The position numbers were made by a program, and so were the translations under genes. Under the pieces are notes generated by a model that worked only from the letters and a program-made list of their open reading frames with translations, ran no database searches and had not been told where the DNA came from. From Octopus sinensis (Eukaryota), in assembly GCF_006345805.1 (NCBI RefSeq), contig NC_042999.1, positions 123,194,001 to 123,258,000 of the forward strand: DNA of 64,000 bases, in the 5' to 3' direction. Each line of letters opens with the position of its first letter. Positions within the stretch are counted from its first letter, which is position 1. Shown here piece after piece: positions 40,143 through 54,668 of the stretch.

Positions 40143-40954
40143 TATACCTGTATATATCTGTGTGTATATATATATATGTACACACACAAGCACATTTGCC
40201 AATAAAAAAGACTCATATATACTACTTAGAGTATACCATAATCAGTCTTTGCAAGGAATTCTACACCATAAGTAGTATTCATATTTACAAATCTTCATAA
40301 AATTGAGATTTATGTGGCACTGTAATGCCAAGTAAATCTCAGAAACAATTGAAAGAACTACCATCTGATACATAATATAAAGAAAATTTGTTTAGTGAGT
40401 CTTACATTGCAGAACATTCTGTTTCATGAACTATACCTGCCATCAGCCTGTGTGAAAAGACAGAACTACTCTGTGACCAACAGTGAAATGGTTTAACTAT
40501 AAAGCACAAACGATTTTAGAAATGTAGACATACACATATCACTACACAAAACACTCATCAGCTAAATATTCACAAGTGTTCAAAACACATTGCATGTACA
40601 CAAACATGTGCACACAACTACAAAATGTGGTAAATGAAACATGCACAATCAGTTCCAATGCTGCTAAAATCCCACCTGTACAACTCCAGCTCTTTTGTCT
40701 TTCTCATATTTTTCAGTATCTGGTTAGTTTGTGATGTTTTTAGAATTTTTTTTTACCCTTTAATCTCTTTTCCCTTTTGAGTGTTGTTTTTTAACTTTTC
40801 TGATGAAGGGTTTAAATTACGAGATTTCTATTTCTCTTAGTATGAAACTAATATCTACAACTCTCATAGTACATTATCTTGTCTTTGTGTATATTTTCAT
40901 GCTTTCATGTTATCAACATTCATCACAAATTCATGTGAAAATCCAGTATCCACC

Positions 40955-40986
<32 letters not shown>

Positions 40987-41110
40987 GTACACACATATAT
41001 ATATACACATGTGTGTAGATTGAAGGCTTCAAATGTCCCGTGCGTGTTTTTTGTATTGTCTTCTAAATGTTTTACGTTCTTGTCCCAGTTTGTATTTTTC
41101 TGTATTTTTC

Positions 41111-41165
<55 letters not shown>

Positions 41166-41904
41166 CATATACACATGTATGTATGCCCCAGCATGGCCAT
41201 AGCTCGTGAGCTGAAACTAGATAAAATTTAAAAAATAACAAAAACATACATGAAAATGTATATAAACTTACATCCACATGTATATATATTATATATATAT
41301 GTATGTGCACACAAACACAAATATATGTGTATATATATATATCCTGATTCTTGGTGTTCTTACACAATTGGATTACCAGCAGAATTATCATTGGACTGTC
41401 ATGTTGGTTCACTTTGTATACTCTAGAATAGTGCTGGTCTTGTTTGACATTTATTCCTTTTTTTTTTTTCATGTTTTCGTTGATGCTGTGGATTTTCATT
41501 TTCCTTTCATTATGCTTTCATTGTAAGTCTTTGATAAGGATAAGTGAGTTAGACCACACTAAAAAGTAATGCTTATGTTGAAATTATTTTTTTAATATTT
41601 TGTTAGATATTTTTAATAAGAAATAATTGAGTTTCAAATTGCTATTTGAAAGATGATTTCACTCTAGAAATGAAAATTAATAAATTCAACCAAGTTCAAA
41701 ACAGAGAAGATTTTAACATGCAAAGTAGTGTAGCATAAATGTAGCAAGTATAAGAAATGTAGAAAAATGTCATGGCCAGTATAATGACTGAATCGTCCTT
41801 TTTTTAAGATACACATCATGTAGCTACAGTAACATAGTAGAAACAATGGATAGAATACAAAACCCGATGTTATAATAGTAAAAGTATGTGTGTGTTAATG
41901 TATA

Positions 41905-42195
41905 CGTTGTGAAGGCTTAGTGAATAGGGCATTCAGCTCATGATTGTAAGGTCGTGAGTTCAATTCCTGGTAGCACATTGTGTCCTTAAGCAAGACACTT
42001 TATTTCACTTTGCTCCAGTCCATTCAGCTGGTGAAAATAAGTAGCACCTGTATTTCAAGGGACCAGCCTTGTCACAGTCTGTGTCATGCTGAATTTCCCT
42101 GAAAACAACCTTAAGGCTATGCATGTTTGCGGAGTGTTCAACCACTTGCATGTTAATTTCATGAGCAAGCTGTTCCATTGATCGTTATAACCAAC
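41905..42195 (+). mobile_element. tRNA-derived SINE with TGTGTCCTTAAGCAAGACACTTTATTTCAC core
   Basis: B-box GAGTTCAATTCC; core shared with 49957-50293. Confidence 0.75.
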
Positions 42196-42326
42196 AAACT
42201 ACCACAGGTGGATCTGTAAAAACAAGTGAAACTCATCCAAAAGGTGTCTTCTCATAATCAGTTTTTATATGATTTTTTTTTCTTTCTTTTTGTTTCTGTT
42301 ATGTTAGAATGGCTCTGTGATTTGCA

Positions 42327-42700
42327 ATGGCTGACAGATTTGAGCAGTATGCTTCAGTCAAATTTTGCATGAAGCCTAACATTACATCTGAAACCTTCAA
42401 AATCCATTTTTGATGAACATTCATCAGGTCAAACACAGGTTCTTGAGTCATGTGCATTTCTCAAGGCAGGTTGAGTGCCAACAGAAGATGTGTGTTCTGG
42501 GTGGTCAATCATGTGTAAAATGCCAGAAAATCTGGAAAATTTTGTGAACTAATCCATGAAGACTAGCACTGTGCAATCCTTCTCTCTTTCATATGATTGG
42601 AATTAGTTACAAAGTCTACCAGAAGATTCTAATTGGAAACTAGGAAATGCATTATCATTTTGCTGCAAAGCTTGTCTCCCACTTCTTAACCCTTGATAAA
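42327..42700 (+). mobile_element. Mariner transposase N-terminal remnant
   Basis: MADRFEQYASVKFCMK...QVLE...IGISY..QKIL...AAKLVSHFLT resembles EQRxxIKFC...AAKFVPRLLT. Confidence 0.75.
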
Positions 42701-42946
42701 AATAAGGGTTACTTTATACTTTCTGTACATTCCAAAGGAGAATATTTCAAATGGGAAGGGTATCTAAATACATGTACGCATGTTCGCATGCACACACACA
42801 CACATTACCACTACAAACTTCCTGCAGTAAATCTATGGATAACAACAGGTAATCAAAACTGTGCTAGTGCTTTATTCATCATCCATTTATACATTTTGTA
42901 CAAATTCTTCATTACATCTCGTTCGGAGATTTATTAATGTCTTCAT

Positions 42947-42987
<41 letters not shown>

Positions 42988-44814
42988 TAATAGATAGATA
43001 GATATTATTCTCATACAAGAATATTGTTGATGGTGACTTCAAAATTTTAGCCAGCTAAGCCACTTTTGGACTACTGATGATGGCTTAACTGGCCTGAACT
43101 TCGAAGTCACTGCCAACATTCTTTTATAAGAGTAGTAATTTTGTGCTCTATAAAAGTATAGAGTAACCCATCAGATTAATGTAAAATGTTTTTTTTTATT
43201 TTATAACTGAACATAAAAAGAAACATTAATATATATATATGTACGTTTGATACTCACATATACTGATATGACTGCACAACAAAGTGCACATATAGGAATA
43301 CAGAAGATGAGACAAAAAATACAAGAAATATTAGTTGCTAGCATTACTATCCTATGTAAAAGTACACAATAAATTAGAAATGTAACTATCGAAGCCTTAT
43401 TAATAGCCAAATACAAACCCAAAATCAACAGAAATGTAACACACATGAAGGAGACCTATAGATGTACCCAGAAGCTAACCATTGAATAATGTTAAGTCAA
43501 GCAATGATGATTTATCAGATATAACATAATTCCCACAACTCATTGCTATCAGTTACAAAATGCCACATCAGTGCACTATCATCATTTTAGTTAAGCTTAG
43601 AAGGGCTTGAAACATTAATAGCCTTAGGAATAGTATTACAATTGAAATCTAAAGGACTAAGAAAAGTCTTCAACATAACTGATTAAATTCTTATACAGTT
43701 GTGCCTTCAGTATAGCACATTTGAAGGAAAATCTGTTGCCTATGTATATAAATATATGATTTTACACTGAAGCAGTAAAAATGAAAGCCAATCGAATATC
43801 AAATCCAGCAGCAATACCAAATGCAGGAAAATTATCAATAGAAATCCTTCAACTAAATACAACATAAAAACACAAAATCTTGAAATAACAAACCTTCACA
43901 AAATGGTATTTTGTGGCTATCTGTAATGTAAGATTTTGATTTTCCATCAAATGAGAAATAACAGCATATGGAAGCTTAGCTATCTTTATAACAGTAAAAT
44001 AGAAAGTGCTGTTCACACTAGAAGACAAATTTCTTCCTCATTTTCTTCACAAAATGCCGCCTCAGTTGAAAATATCACCAAAAGAGAAAGTTGTACTTTA
44101 ATTGCTCTAGCTGTCTTGCAAGACTCCTAGTGATAGAAGTGTAATAAAAATTAATGAACAACTGCGTGACTTATTCAGATTTGAAGGAAATCAACAGAGA
44201 GATAAAGATAACGACAAAAACATTCATAAAGAATCTTAAACTAGCTCTGCAAGATCTGAAAATTAACAATAAAATTATAAAATGTAAAAATGATAAGAAC
44301 AATTTTATTGTTGATGTGAATAAATGTAGAAACATTTCAAAAAATTAATATAAATTGTACCAAATTTATAATAAATATATAAAAAATTAATAATATTTAA
44401 TATTACAATGATAATTTCATCAAAATCAAGAAAGACTACATTGCACAATTAGAAATTAAATTAAATAAATTAATCACTGTTGTAAATACAGAAATTGGAG
44501 CTATTTCTTTCCAATACTCAGATGATATATATTAGCCTTGCATACATCTGTGGTAACATAGAAATATAAACAAACAGAATAACTCTTTCCGACTTGCAAT
44601 CTCCCAACTCTTAGAATCATTAAATAACTAGAACATATAAAGAAATATACATCCATGTGATATAGTAGCAAGTTCATAAAAGTCTTACCAGAAAGTGGCA
44701 ACGATGGTAGTATTTCACCTACTGACGTATGTGCCCCTTCACCAGTGTTCCTTTAATGAAACCCGTAGGCATATCATTAGACAAGCAATATTACATAGTA
44801 ATATTAGACGAGGT

Positions 44815-45035
44815 TTTAAAGTGGTGAGCTAGCAGAATTGTTAGCACACTGGGCAAAATGTTTAGTAGCATTTCATTCATTTTCATGTTCTGAGTTCAAA
44901 TTCTGTCAAGGTTGACTCTACCTTTCATTCTTTTCAGTGTCTATAAAGTACACACCAGATGAGTACAGTGGTCAATGTAATTACTTTACCTCTGCCCCTG
45001 AAATTGTTGGCCTTGTGCCAAAATTTGAAATCAAT
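44815..45035 (+). mobile_element. SINE (20428 family)
   Basis: GGTGAGCTAGCAGAATTGTTAGCAC...GAGTTCAAATTC...GGCCTTGTGCCAAAATTTGAA. Confidence 0.85.
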
Positions 45036-45265
45036 ATTAGACAAGGTTCATTTATACACCCTCCAGAATAAGCTCTCTCCATATGCCAAAAAAAAAAAAA
45101 ATTCTTAAAAAGATTATGTGGCCTATAGGCTCAAGGTTCCCTTCTATCACCCCCAAAGCCCATATTTGCAATATTCTATATGGCTAGCATGTAAAACATG
45201 TATACACATATGCATGCATTTATTTATGTATTTATGTATGTATGCCTGTATGTATGTACACACAT

Positions 45266-45302
<37 letters not shown>

Positions 45303-45934
45303 TATAGGGGATGAATTCCTAAAAAAGAAAGAAATGGAGCCAGTCTTGTAATTGTTATGAATTCAAAAAATGCATATCTTTAGATTTAAGTTTATATCTG
45401 TTTATATATGAAACAGTGACAATGTGGAGATCACCCTCACTTTCTATTTCTATTTTTGGACGTAGACAGACAAAGGAGGGTATATCACCAGATCACCATT
45501 TAGTAGCAAAAAGTACAAATGTGAAACCACCAAAGTATTAGAAACAATTAGTATCTTTTTTTAGGCTTGTCATTTTCTGTCATGATGATGTATTGATCAT
45601 CATTCATACTGCGTATTGCTGCTTGCATCATTTTGTAAATGCAGTGTCCCAGTTTCATGGGAAGTCCAACCATGGAATGTATCTGAGCACATAAAAATCA
45701 ATGCCAGCAGTCTAGATTCATGATGTCACAAAAAAAAAAAAAAAAGGAAAAACAAAATGGTTATTTTAATGACTGATACAAGTGAAAAGTCTATATTTTA
45801 AAGAATCTCACTAGGCAGCATCCTCTACTATATTATTAGTCTATTGCATTAATCAAAGCTGTAAATAGTTACTTATCTTTTGAAAGAGAAGCCTTAATTG
45901 TGTACTTTAACAGCGTAATATTTCTGACTTTCAG

Positions 45935-45990
45935 TCTTAGATCATAAACGAAAAGAATTTACTTTTAGCAAAAATTGTAGTCCACTGAAA
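45935..45990 (+). CDS. Candidate exon (LDHKRKEFTFSKNCSPLK)
   Basis: Acceptor TATTTCTGACTTTCAG, donor GTAAGA, single open frame. Confidence 0.28.
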
Positions 45991-46339
45991 GTAAGATTTG
46001 TGTATATCTGAGGATGGACCTTACAAATGATAGCATTTGATTTTTAAATATATTACGCAAAGGAATCTGCAATGTCACATGCCATTGCATTATCATAATT
46101 GGAATTTATAATTAATATTAATAAAGACAATTGAGATCAAGATGATAATGTTTCTTTTCAACCATCTTGTAGAAACTGATTTCATTAAACAAAATTTTAT
46201 ATAAACAGAGAATGATAATAATATTTTACTTGGTATATTAAAAAGGAATTTTAATAATTGCAGCAATCATCTTGTTGAAAGGCCATTTAAGTCATTTAAA
46301 AATACGTTAGCATCCTTTTAATTGGAAATTAATTGTTTG

Positions 46340-47130
46340 TTCCACCAGCCTGTTTGGGATCATTAATGACAAAAGCTGTGCATGATGACATCTGTTGTAG
46401 CTCAACAGCAACAAAGAATTGGTTAGAATTAGAATCATAATGGCCTGGTTAATATGAAGCCATGGAATAATTTGCAATAAAATGTCCAACATATGCCAGA
46501 ATACAGCCAGAATTAACTTACTGTGCACAGGCAGCATAATGAAATTAAAGCATTGATTTGTATGCATATGGATCATACATATGTCAAGAAATTAAGATGT
46601 TCTTAACACTGCTGCATACTCTGGGTTGCCAGAAGTAATAAGAGATATGAATAAAGTATTAGAAACAGTTAAGTTGATATTATGAGCTGTGTTTTCCAGA
46701 AACAGTCTCCAAAATTATTATTAGTGTCTGTGAAATCTGTTTTAATGAATTCCATACATAGTTGATAAGAATGGATGCAAACTTGTGAAAATGCTTCCAT
46801 TCTATCCAGAATCAAATGCAATTGTTGAAAAAATAACTACATTTGTCAGCAAGAGTTTAAAAGCATACCCACCAAATAAAGATTCTAATATTGTTTGATT
46901 TGTTGCATAATACCTCACTCAGAAAACTATTTAGTTTGTTCTGGTTGCAGGCAAATATGATCATCAATAACAATTTCTTATGAAAATGCAGCTTCAGTTT
47001 AGTATTGATGCAGAAGAAATTGTGAACCACACCAAGCTAGATTAATATCTCATGCAGGCAATATAGCTATGATTTGTAAGAGTGAACAGGATATATTAGT
47101 TCATGAAGCAAAATAAACAATGACACAAAA
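46340..47130 (+). mobile_element. Gypsy/Ty3 LTR-retrotransposon integrase remnant (no LTRs seen)
   Basis: WPG*YEAME*FAIKCPTYARIQP (zinc finger), MHMDHTYVK, GLPEVIR, PFYPESNAIVEK (cf. YHPQSNGxAER), heavily degraded. Confidence 0.75.
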
Positions 47131-48479
47131 ACTCAGATAGGGAACAAAATGCCAGATCAGTTCCTCAACATTTGAATGATAACTCAGAATATAGTTATCA
47201 AATGTGTGATTTGACACTACATACAGGAACAAACAATGAAAATGGTGTTAAATGTAGTTCTAAAATATCAAGAGGAATTAAACCAATTTATTTCTGGGAA
47301 ATGTGATAGTGTTATGTTAATACAGTTATAATGTTTTATGCATTTTACATGCCGATTAATACTGTTTAATGGTACTACTATTCAATATCATAACTTCATT
47401 CTGTAGATGAATGCAGCTTCTAAACATAAAGTATTACATGTGACTAATTTAAGACTGCTTTTCTGGAAAAGATCATTTCTCCTGCTTCAGATCATGATCA
47501 GTGAAACTAAATCTGGGGATCTTGGAGGAGATTATGCATCCATAAACCAAGAGTAATTTGGGTTGGCTACAGAAATAATCAAGGAATTCATCAAATGCAA
47601 TAAAATGTGAATGCTGTATTAGACATTACAATCCCCAAACTTATACCCAATACAAAACTAACAGAAGTGGGCTGACATAAGTATTCAAGAAAGGAAATAC
47701 AGGCAATTGAGTGAACTGTTTAATTATATAATAAAAAAAGTCAAAACAATATGTATATAGGCATGTATATATATATATGTGTGTGTGTATGTGTGTTCCT
47801 TTCTTTCCCATGCTAGTATGGATTAGATGAATATATTATTCAGCTATTGTTTCCCAGCTTGATACCATCCCTGTTGCTAATGTTTGCCTGTTTTACAAGG
47901 CACAGAGGCAGAAGATGAATTATTGGCAGGAGAAGTGATAACATCACAGCTTGTAGCTTGTGCTTTTTGTGGAAGTGCAAATATGAACAAACACACATAC
48001 ACATGCACACAAATACAAATACACACACACACACGTATATATGAAACCATACCAGCACCTGTTGTATACATGTATTTTTCTGCTGTTGTTCACATGTGAA
48101 TATATAGCCATTATTTTTACACCTGATTATATAAAATGTATGAGTTGTGTATTCATTTGGTACACACTCATTATCATATACAAAGAAACACATAGACATA
48201 ACTAAATGTAAACATACATTTCAATTTATGAGCATCTACACAGGCACAGATATACACATACAAACACACACATGCACAAACATGTGCACATAGTTCTATA
48301 CACTGTTCTATCATCACTAATTAGCTAATTTGTCTTCTGTACCGGATGATATTCTCAGGGTTCTGGCTTTTAGTGTGCCTCAGTGGTTCAGTTGAAATTT
48401 GATGAGTTATCTAATTTGAAATTAATTTTGGACTTATATCTAATAGATTAGAACATTTGGTGTGTTTGAAGTCTTTTTT

Positions 48480-48790
48480 TTGCATTATTATGCAGGCCAT
48501 AGAAATTTTATCAGAAGTTGCATTTGTGTAAACCAGATGATGTTAAAATTACTAATATTGTTATCTTTGAAATGCCATATATAGTTTGATAAGTCTGTGC
48601 TATTTCTTTCATCAATCTGTCATAGTATTGACCTTGATTCTAGTACCATTCCTTGAAGATGCCTTCATAGATGCCAATGTATGATTTAGGAAATTGTCTG
48701 TCATTGTAGCTTTGTATATTAACGATTCACCTTTAAATATACTAAAGCAGCATCATCACCCAAAGTATGAAATGTAAACAAACCATTGCA
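48480..48790 (-). mobile_element. PLE GIY-YIG endonuclease remnant
   Basis: ESLIYKAT..., KSYIGIYEGIFKEWY*N, STDLSNYIWHFKDNNI...IIW across frameshifts. Confidence 0.75.
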
Positions 48791-48879
48791 ACAGAATAGG
48801 AGTCAACTATGAGAGGTCATAAGTTTTGATGATTATGTTATGAAAACTGTAAGGGCAAGAAGGAAATTTAAGTAATTCT

Positions 48880-49020
48880 TCCTAAATTATTACCAAGGTA
48901 GCAGTTTTAAGAGGAGGGTTTTAATTGACGCCATCAACCCTAGAACTTGATTAGGACTTTATTTTTTCAATACTGAAAGTATGAAAGGCAACGTTGGCCC
49001 CAGCAGAATTTGAACCTTGA
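48880..49020 (-). mobile_element. SINE fragment (20428 family)
   Basis: ATGAAAGGCAACGTTGGCCCCAGCAGAATTTGAAC. Confidence 0.7.
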
Positions 49021-49528
49021 ATATTTAAATAAATAAACGTTATAGGCTGAATTATAAACTATATATATATAATTTCATATCTGCTTTCCTCACATACACA
49101 GGTTAGACAGATTTATTGCTTTGGAAATACTTCAAAAGGAATGATGTTTGTTTTGAATTTTCTTTCTTCACTTTCTACATGACTTTTTAACAGCTGAACG
49201 CAGTTTCAGTTTGTCTTCCAGTTTGTGTAGCTCTCTCTACATACTTCTGTTATATATTCCATTCACATCTAGGGTATTCTATTGGAATACTCAATCAAAC
49301 TTCCCTTAGTTTTTGGGGTTTTTTTGGTGGGCGGGGTACAGTTTATGTTAACCTGAGAAGGATGTTAGAAATATTGCATCTAAACATTGCAGGAATTTTG
49401 CCCTGTATTCTAACATATCTGTCAGTTCAGAATTAATTGTCATATGCATTCTATCTTCAAAAATTCTATTAAAAATATGAATTGAGCTTTTTGATAGAGA
49501 ATTCTTTCTTTTGTGTCTTGGCTTCTTC

Positions 49529-49601
49529 TATTCCCACAATGTGCATATGATGAGGATTATCATATGATAAACATCCTCATCATATGTATATTGTGGGAAT
49601 A
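49529..49601 (+). ncRNA. Pre-miRNA-sized hairpin (candidate)
   Basis: 29-bp fully paired stem (27 Watson-Crick + 2 G-U on +), 15-nt loop. The hairpin is certain; expression is unknown. Confidence 0.35.
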
Positions 49602-49956
49602 AATTTAATATGTTTTCATCATTGAGGTCATAATTATCCAGCTTCAGCAATCATCTGAGTTTCCTTATGTTTTCTAATCTGAACTAACCCAGGTTTCTGC
49701 CTGTCAACTAAGATTTAGGCACTTATTTCCGAAACAATCCCATTCTAACACTAATATTATGAATTGTACATGACATTTTAAACCTGTTAAATTATACAGC
49801 AAATGTTTTTGTTATTTTATTCTTTGATTTTGTCCTTTATTATTTGTCTGTTTGCTTTGGACTACTGCAAATAAGTATATGCATCACATACCTTGAGGAA
49901 ATAAAATTCTTATACACAGTATTAAAATTTTATTGGCGAATTACCAGTCATACATT

Positions 49957-50293
49957 GAAGGAGCATGGCTCAGTGGTTAGATCGTTGGACTCACAATCAT
50001 GAGTCTATAAGTTCGATTCCAGACCAGGTGATGTGTTGTGTTCTTGAACAAGACACTTTATTTCACATTGCTCCAGTTCTCTAAGCTGTAGAAATGAATT
50101 GTGACATCACTGGTACCAAGTTGTATTGGCCTTTGCCTTTCCCTTGGATGAGATCGGTGGCATGGAGAGGGGAGGCTGGTATGCATGGGCGACTGCTGGA
50201 CTTCCATAAACAACTTTACCCAGACTTGTGCCTTGTAGGGGAAATTTCTAGGTGCAGTACCATGGTCATTCATGACCGAAGGGGGTCTTTACT
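49957..50293 (+). mobile_element. tRNA-derived SINE
   Basis: A-box TGGCTCAGTGG, B-box GTTCGATTCC, core TGTGTTCTTGAACAAGACACTTTATTTCACATTGCTCCAG. Confidence 0.8.
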
Positions 50294-50494
50294 TTGCTTA
50301 TCATACAAAATCAAGAAACATTATTATCTAACCATGCTGTACTCATGTTGTTCCTCTTTTGTGTTCCTGTGCACGGATGTGTGTGTGTGTGTGCATGCTT
50401 AATGCCAGATGACATGCAGCAAGATTGAATTCAGAGTTTCATTATGGCAAAATGCACTTTTCAGCCTTCTATCTGCACATCCACATGCATGTAT

Positions 50495-50527
<33 letters not shown>

Positions 50528-50924
50528 TACGCACGTTCATATATATATATTCCCACAACCATACACACACATATACGTCCACATATCTCTGCCAGCTCCA
50601 CTACACATTGGTTTGTTGTTTTGCTGTTTTTTCTTTACTGTCCTCTAACCTTATCTAGTTTCAGTAAAAGTTAGAATATAAGAAGTAACTCTAGAGATGA
50701 TTAGATGACATTGATATCTTAAAGTATATCATTTGTCTTAGCCAGGCAAATAGTATAATCTATCTTATTTCTTTATCTAGTCTCCCAGCTGTGTTCTCTG
50801 TCTATTACTTCCACTCATCCCCTTCATTGAATCTACATACAATCACAAGAATCTCTCTCCTCCCCACCATCTCTCTTTCACACACACACACACATACACT
50901 ATCAAAAGAGATAGAAAAGTTATT

Positions 50925-50962
<38 letters not shown>

Positions 50963-51121
50963 AGGAGTAACTGAGAATCTATGTTAATATGTGTGATGTT
51001 TATATCTGTATGAATATAATGTGTATCTGCATGAACATATATGTGTGTATATGGATAAAAGTATATAATACATAATTATATGTATAGATCTATGTATCAA
51101 TTATATAAATATATATATATT

Positions 51122-52376
51122 CAGGGGTTGGACAAAATAATGGAAACACCTTAAAATTTCAAACAAATTTATTTTAATATGGGGTAGGACCATCTTTGGC
51201 AGTACTTGCAGCTTGAATTCTATGAGGTATGAGTTTGTACAAAGTTTGTTTCTAAAGGAATTTTTGTCCATTCTTCAGCTAAAACAGTCTCCAGTTCTTG
51301 TAGTGATGATGGTGGAGGATACTGACTCCTTGTTTTTCTAAAATGCACCATACTTGTTCAGTAATATTGAGATCTGGGGACTGTGGTGGCTAGATAAGAT
51401 GTTCAACTTCACTAGATTGTTCCTTGTGCCATTCTGTAACAATTTTAGCTGTGTGAATTGGTGCATTATCATCCTGAAAGATTGTGTTTCTCTCCAGATA
51501 CAGTTCTGCAACCATAGGATGAATTTGATCAGATAAAATGCTTAAATAGTCTTGACTATTAATTCTGCCATGAAAGGAAACCATTGGGCCGGTATATTTC
51601 CAAGATATACTCTTCCAAATCATCACAGATCCTCCTCCATGTTTAACAGTTGGAAGAAGGCAGTATGGGTCAAACTCTTCTTTTGGCTGTCTCCTCATGT
51701 ATACTTGGCCAGTGGTTGGAAATAAGGTAAAGGATGACTCATCCAAGAAAATAACATTCTTCCACTGCTCTAGGGACCAATTCTGTAGGTTTTTACCCAA
51801 CTCTAAACGCTTTGCAACATTTGTTTTTGAAAGTAGTGGTTTTCTGATTGCAGCCGTCCTATGAAATCTGGCTTTGTGCAGTTCCTGGCGAACAGTTTTT
51901 ATGGAAACTGGGTGCTCGAGGTGGTCATTAAGCTCGTCAGTAATTTTGGGAGCTGTACTTTTGTGATCCTTTCTTACAATTTGCATAAGAGTCTGACAGT
52001 CCCTATCTGAAAGATTTGGTTTTCTTACTGTGTTTTTGTTTGGACGAGGAGGTTTTTCCCTCTTTCTCAAAGGCTGTCATTACTTTCGAGACGGTACTTT
52101 TTGGTACACTAAACATTTTGGCTATTTTCGTTATGCTAGTGCCTGTCATACGAGCACCAACAATTTGACCTCTTTGAAAGCCTGATAGATCTGTCATTTT
52201 AATGAATTTTAATTGCCTTTTTTCTGATGATGTCTGGAAAAAAACAACAATTTTAACAAAACATATTAAGCAACAGTAATAATACATCAAAAAACATAAA
52301 AATAAACAAACTGTTGATGGTTTTATAGATATTTCAAAATTATGATGCTAGGTGTTTCCATTATTTTGTCCAACCC

Positions 52377-52379
<3 letters not shown>
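51122..52379 (-). mobile_element. Full-length Tc1/mariner DNA transposon (DD34E-type), inactivated
   Basis: Perfect 30-bp TIRs CAGGGGTTGGACAAAATAATGGAAACACCT (51122-51151; reverse complement at 52350-52379), inside (TA)n with TA at the right end. Internal transposase remnant on the minus strand. Confidence 0.97.
51230..52197 (-). pseudogene. Tc1 transposase pseudogene (frameshift near 52030, stop near 51390)
   Basis: MTDLSGFQRGQIVGAR... HTH start at 52197. Second frame has KNVIFLDESSF, TVKHGGGSVMIW, FQDDNAPIHTA, then EHLI*PPQSPDLNITE (stop where W of WPPQSPDLN is expected). Lower end approximate. Confidence 0.95.
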
Positions 52380-52413
<34 letters not shown>

Positions 52414-53323
52414 CATATATATTTTATTCATTGTGTGCGTGTAACATCTGACATAAATGTTGGTTGGTTGATATTTCTAGTCACACATTACAATTAAAAA
52501 TTTTTATATTTTTAGCTTTTTTTTATAACTATTTTCGGACAGTAAATTTCTTATATAATTTTATTGTCCATTTGCTTTACTTCTTTTCTTCCAAATGTCC
52601 ACATTTTGATGAACATGTTATTTGAGGTATTGTTGTACAGCCCGATGTCCTTCCCGATCTTAATTCTTAACTGTTTTTCAAGTAAGCAATCTCTTATTCC
52701 ACATAGCTTTAGATGCAAAAGGTGTCTGGACAGTAATTCCAACCACAGCACTTTCATCCTACTAATTACATTTAAATGCACCTGCAGACACATATGTGCA
52801 AACACATACACATGCATATCTATTTATCTGCCTGTCTGTCTATATATATAATGCCATGTCTTTTTTTTTTTTTTTTTTTGTTCCTGTTTACCAAATTCAC
52901 TTGCAATGCTTTGGTCAAGCTTGTGCTATAATAGAAGACACTTGCCTTTCAGTGTTTTGGAGCCCAGGCATTCTTTCACAATAGACATTAAACAAATGAC
53001 ATATGACAAGATAATTTTTTACATCCAGCAAATACACATGAAGATAAAAGAAATACAAATTCACTTGCAGAAACAAACACAAACACGCGCACACACACAT
53101 ACGGAAACATGATGGGTTTGTTTCAGTTTCTATCTTCTAATTTTCACTCTTGCTATAGTAGAAGATACTTTCCCTTGTTACCCTGCAGTGTGACTGAACC
53201 CACAACCTTTTGGTTTGGAAGCAAACTTCTTAACCACACAGCAGTGCCTCTGTGTGTGTGTGTATATGTGTATTTCTATATATGTATATAAATGTATGTA
53301 TATATGTATGCATATATATGTAT

Positions 53324-53370
<47 letters not shown>

Positions 53371-54626
53371 CTATCTATTAATCATATATATATATACACA
53401 CACACACACATACATGTGTATATACATATATCTACATAAAACACTCAAGTACATACATGTACTATATATATAATTTTTTTTACATACACATAATACATAT
53501 GTTTATATGCACGTACTAACATTTAATCGAGGGTATATATTTATGTACTTGTGTGTATATATGCACATGCACGTGTGTTTTGTATTCACTTGTGGCTGTG
53601 CCCTATGGATAAGACTGCTGAAATGTTATCATCTTGATTTGTCTCTCTCTGTTTGGTACTTGTCTGTAGGGCATGAGAGCAGGTCACCAACAGAGATTGA
53701 TATCACAGCAGCTAGTGCTGATCCATTCCTCCCTTACCCAATTATATTCAACTTTTAGTCTTCCTTAGTATATGTAACTTTGTTCATTCTTAAAGGGATT
53801 CATATTTAGTGAATGAAGATAACCAGCTTCAGTAAAAAAAAAAAAAAAAGAAAAAAAAAGTGATAATAATTTTAAATAAATAAAAAAAGCCACCCCTCCT
53901 TAAAATGTTATCTTGAAAGTGATGTTTCTTTTCAAAATATTGCTATGTTTAATACACTATTTTACTTTTACTGTAAATAGTATTGTAAGCCTGAGAAGTA
54001 ATCAGCAGGCAAGCTGCGTTGCAACACTGATAAAGCCGCATAATGCTAATGTATGGGAATGGCATAAATATGTCAACCACCCATTTCTTCTCCCTTATAA
54101 ATATCTGTCTTTGCATTTTGTAAGTTTATCTACCCATTTTATAAAATATGTATCTACTACTCATCTGAAATATGACTCTGTTAGATTAAATCAGAATTAA
54201 ATTTTTATGCACACACACACACACATATAACACAGTTTACTGAATGCTTGAATGGTACCTGCCTGGATTTATTATCCCTATCTATTCATGATATATGTAT
54301 GTATATATGTTTATGTATTTCTTTTGCAAGACTCTTGATGTGAAATCATGTGTTGAAATGGATATTGTTATACTTGGGGATAGTTATATTTTACCAATTA
54401 AACACATATGTTTGGTCTTTACTTCACCCTTATTGTTATTATATACTAAGCAGAACAAGAGGAAATGTGTGGGATAAAGAGTTTCTGGAGAGGTCACCGA
54501 ATGTGTGACAAAAGAGCTTAGACAAAGGACAATAAAATAATCATAATAAGGATAAGCTGTAGTGAAGACTAAGTATATAGTGCTTGTGTTTAGTTGGCCA
54601 AAATTTGATCATCTTCAAGTATAACA

Positions 54627-54668
<42 letters not shown>

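Noticed and set aside
53913-54200. 95-aa ORF with a few CpGs
   Set aside because: No homology recognised, no convincing splice context; length borderline for chance.
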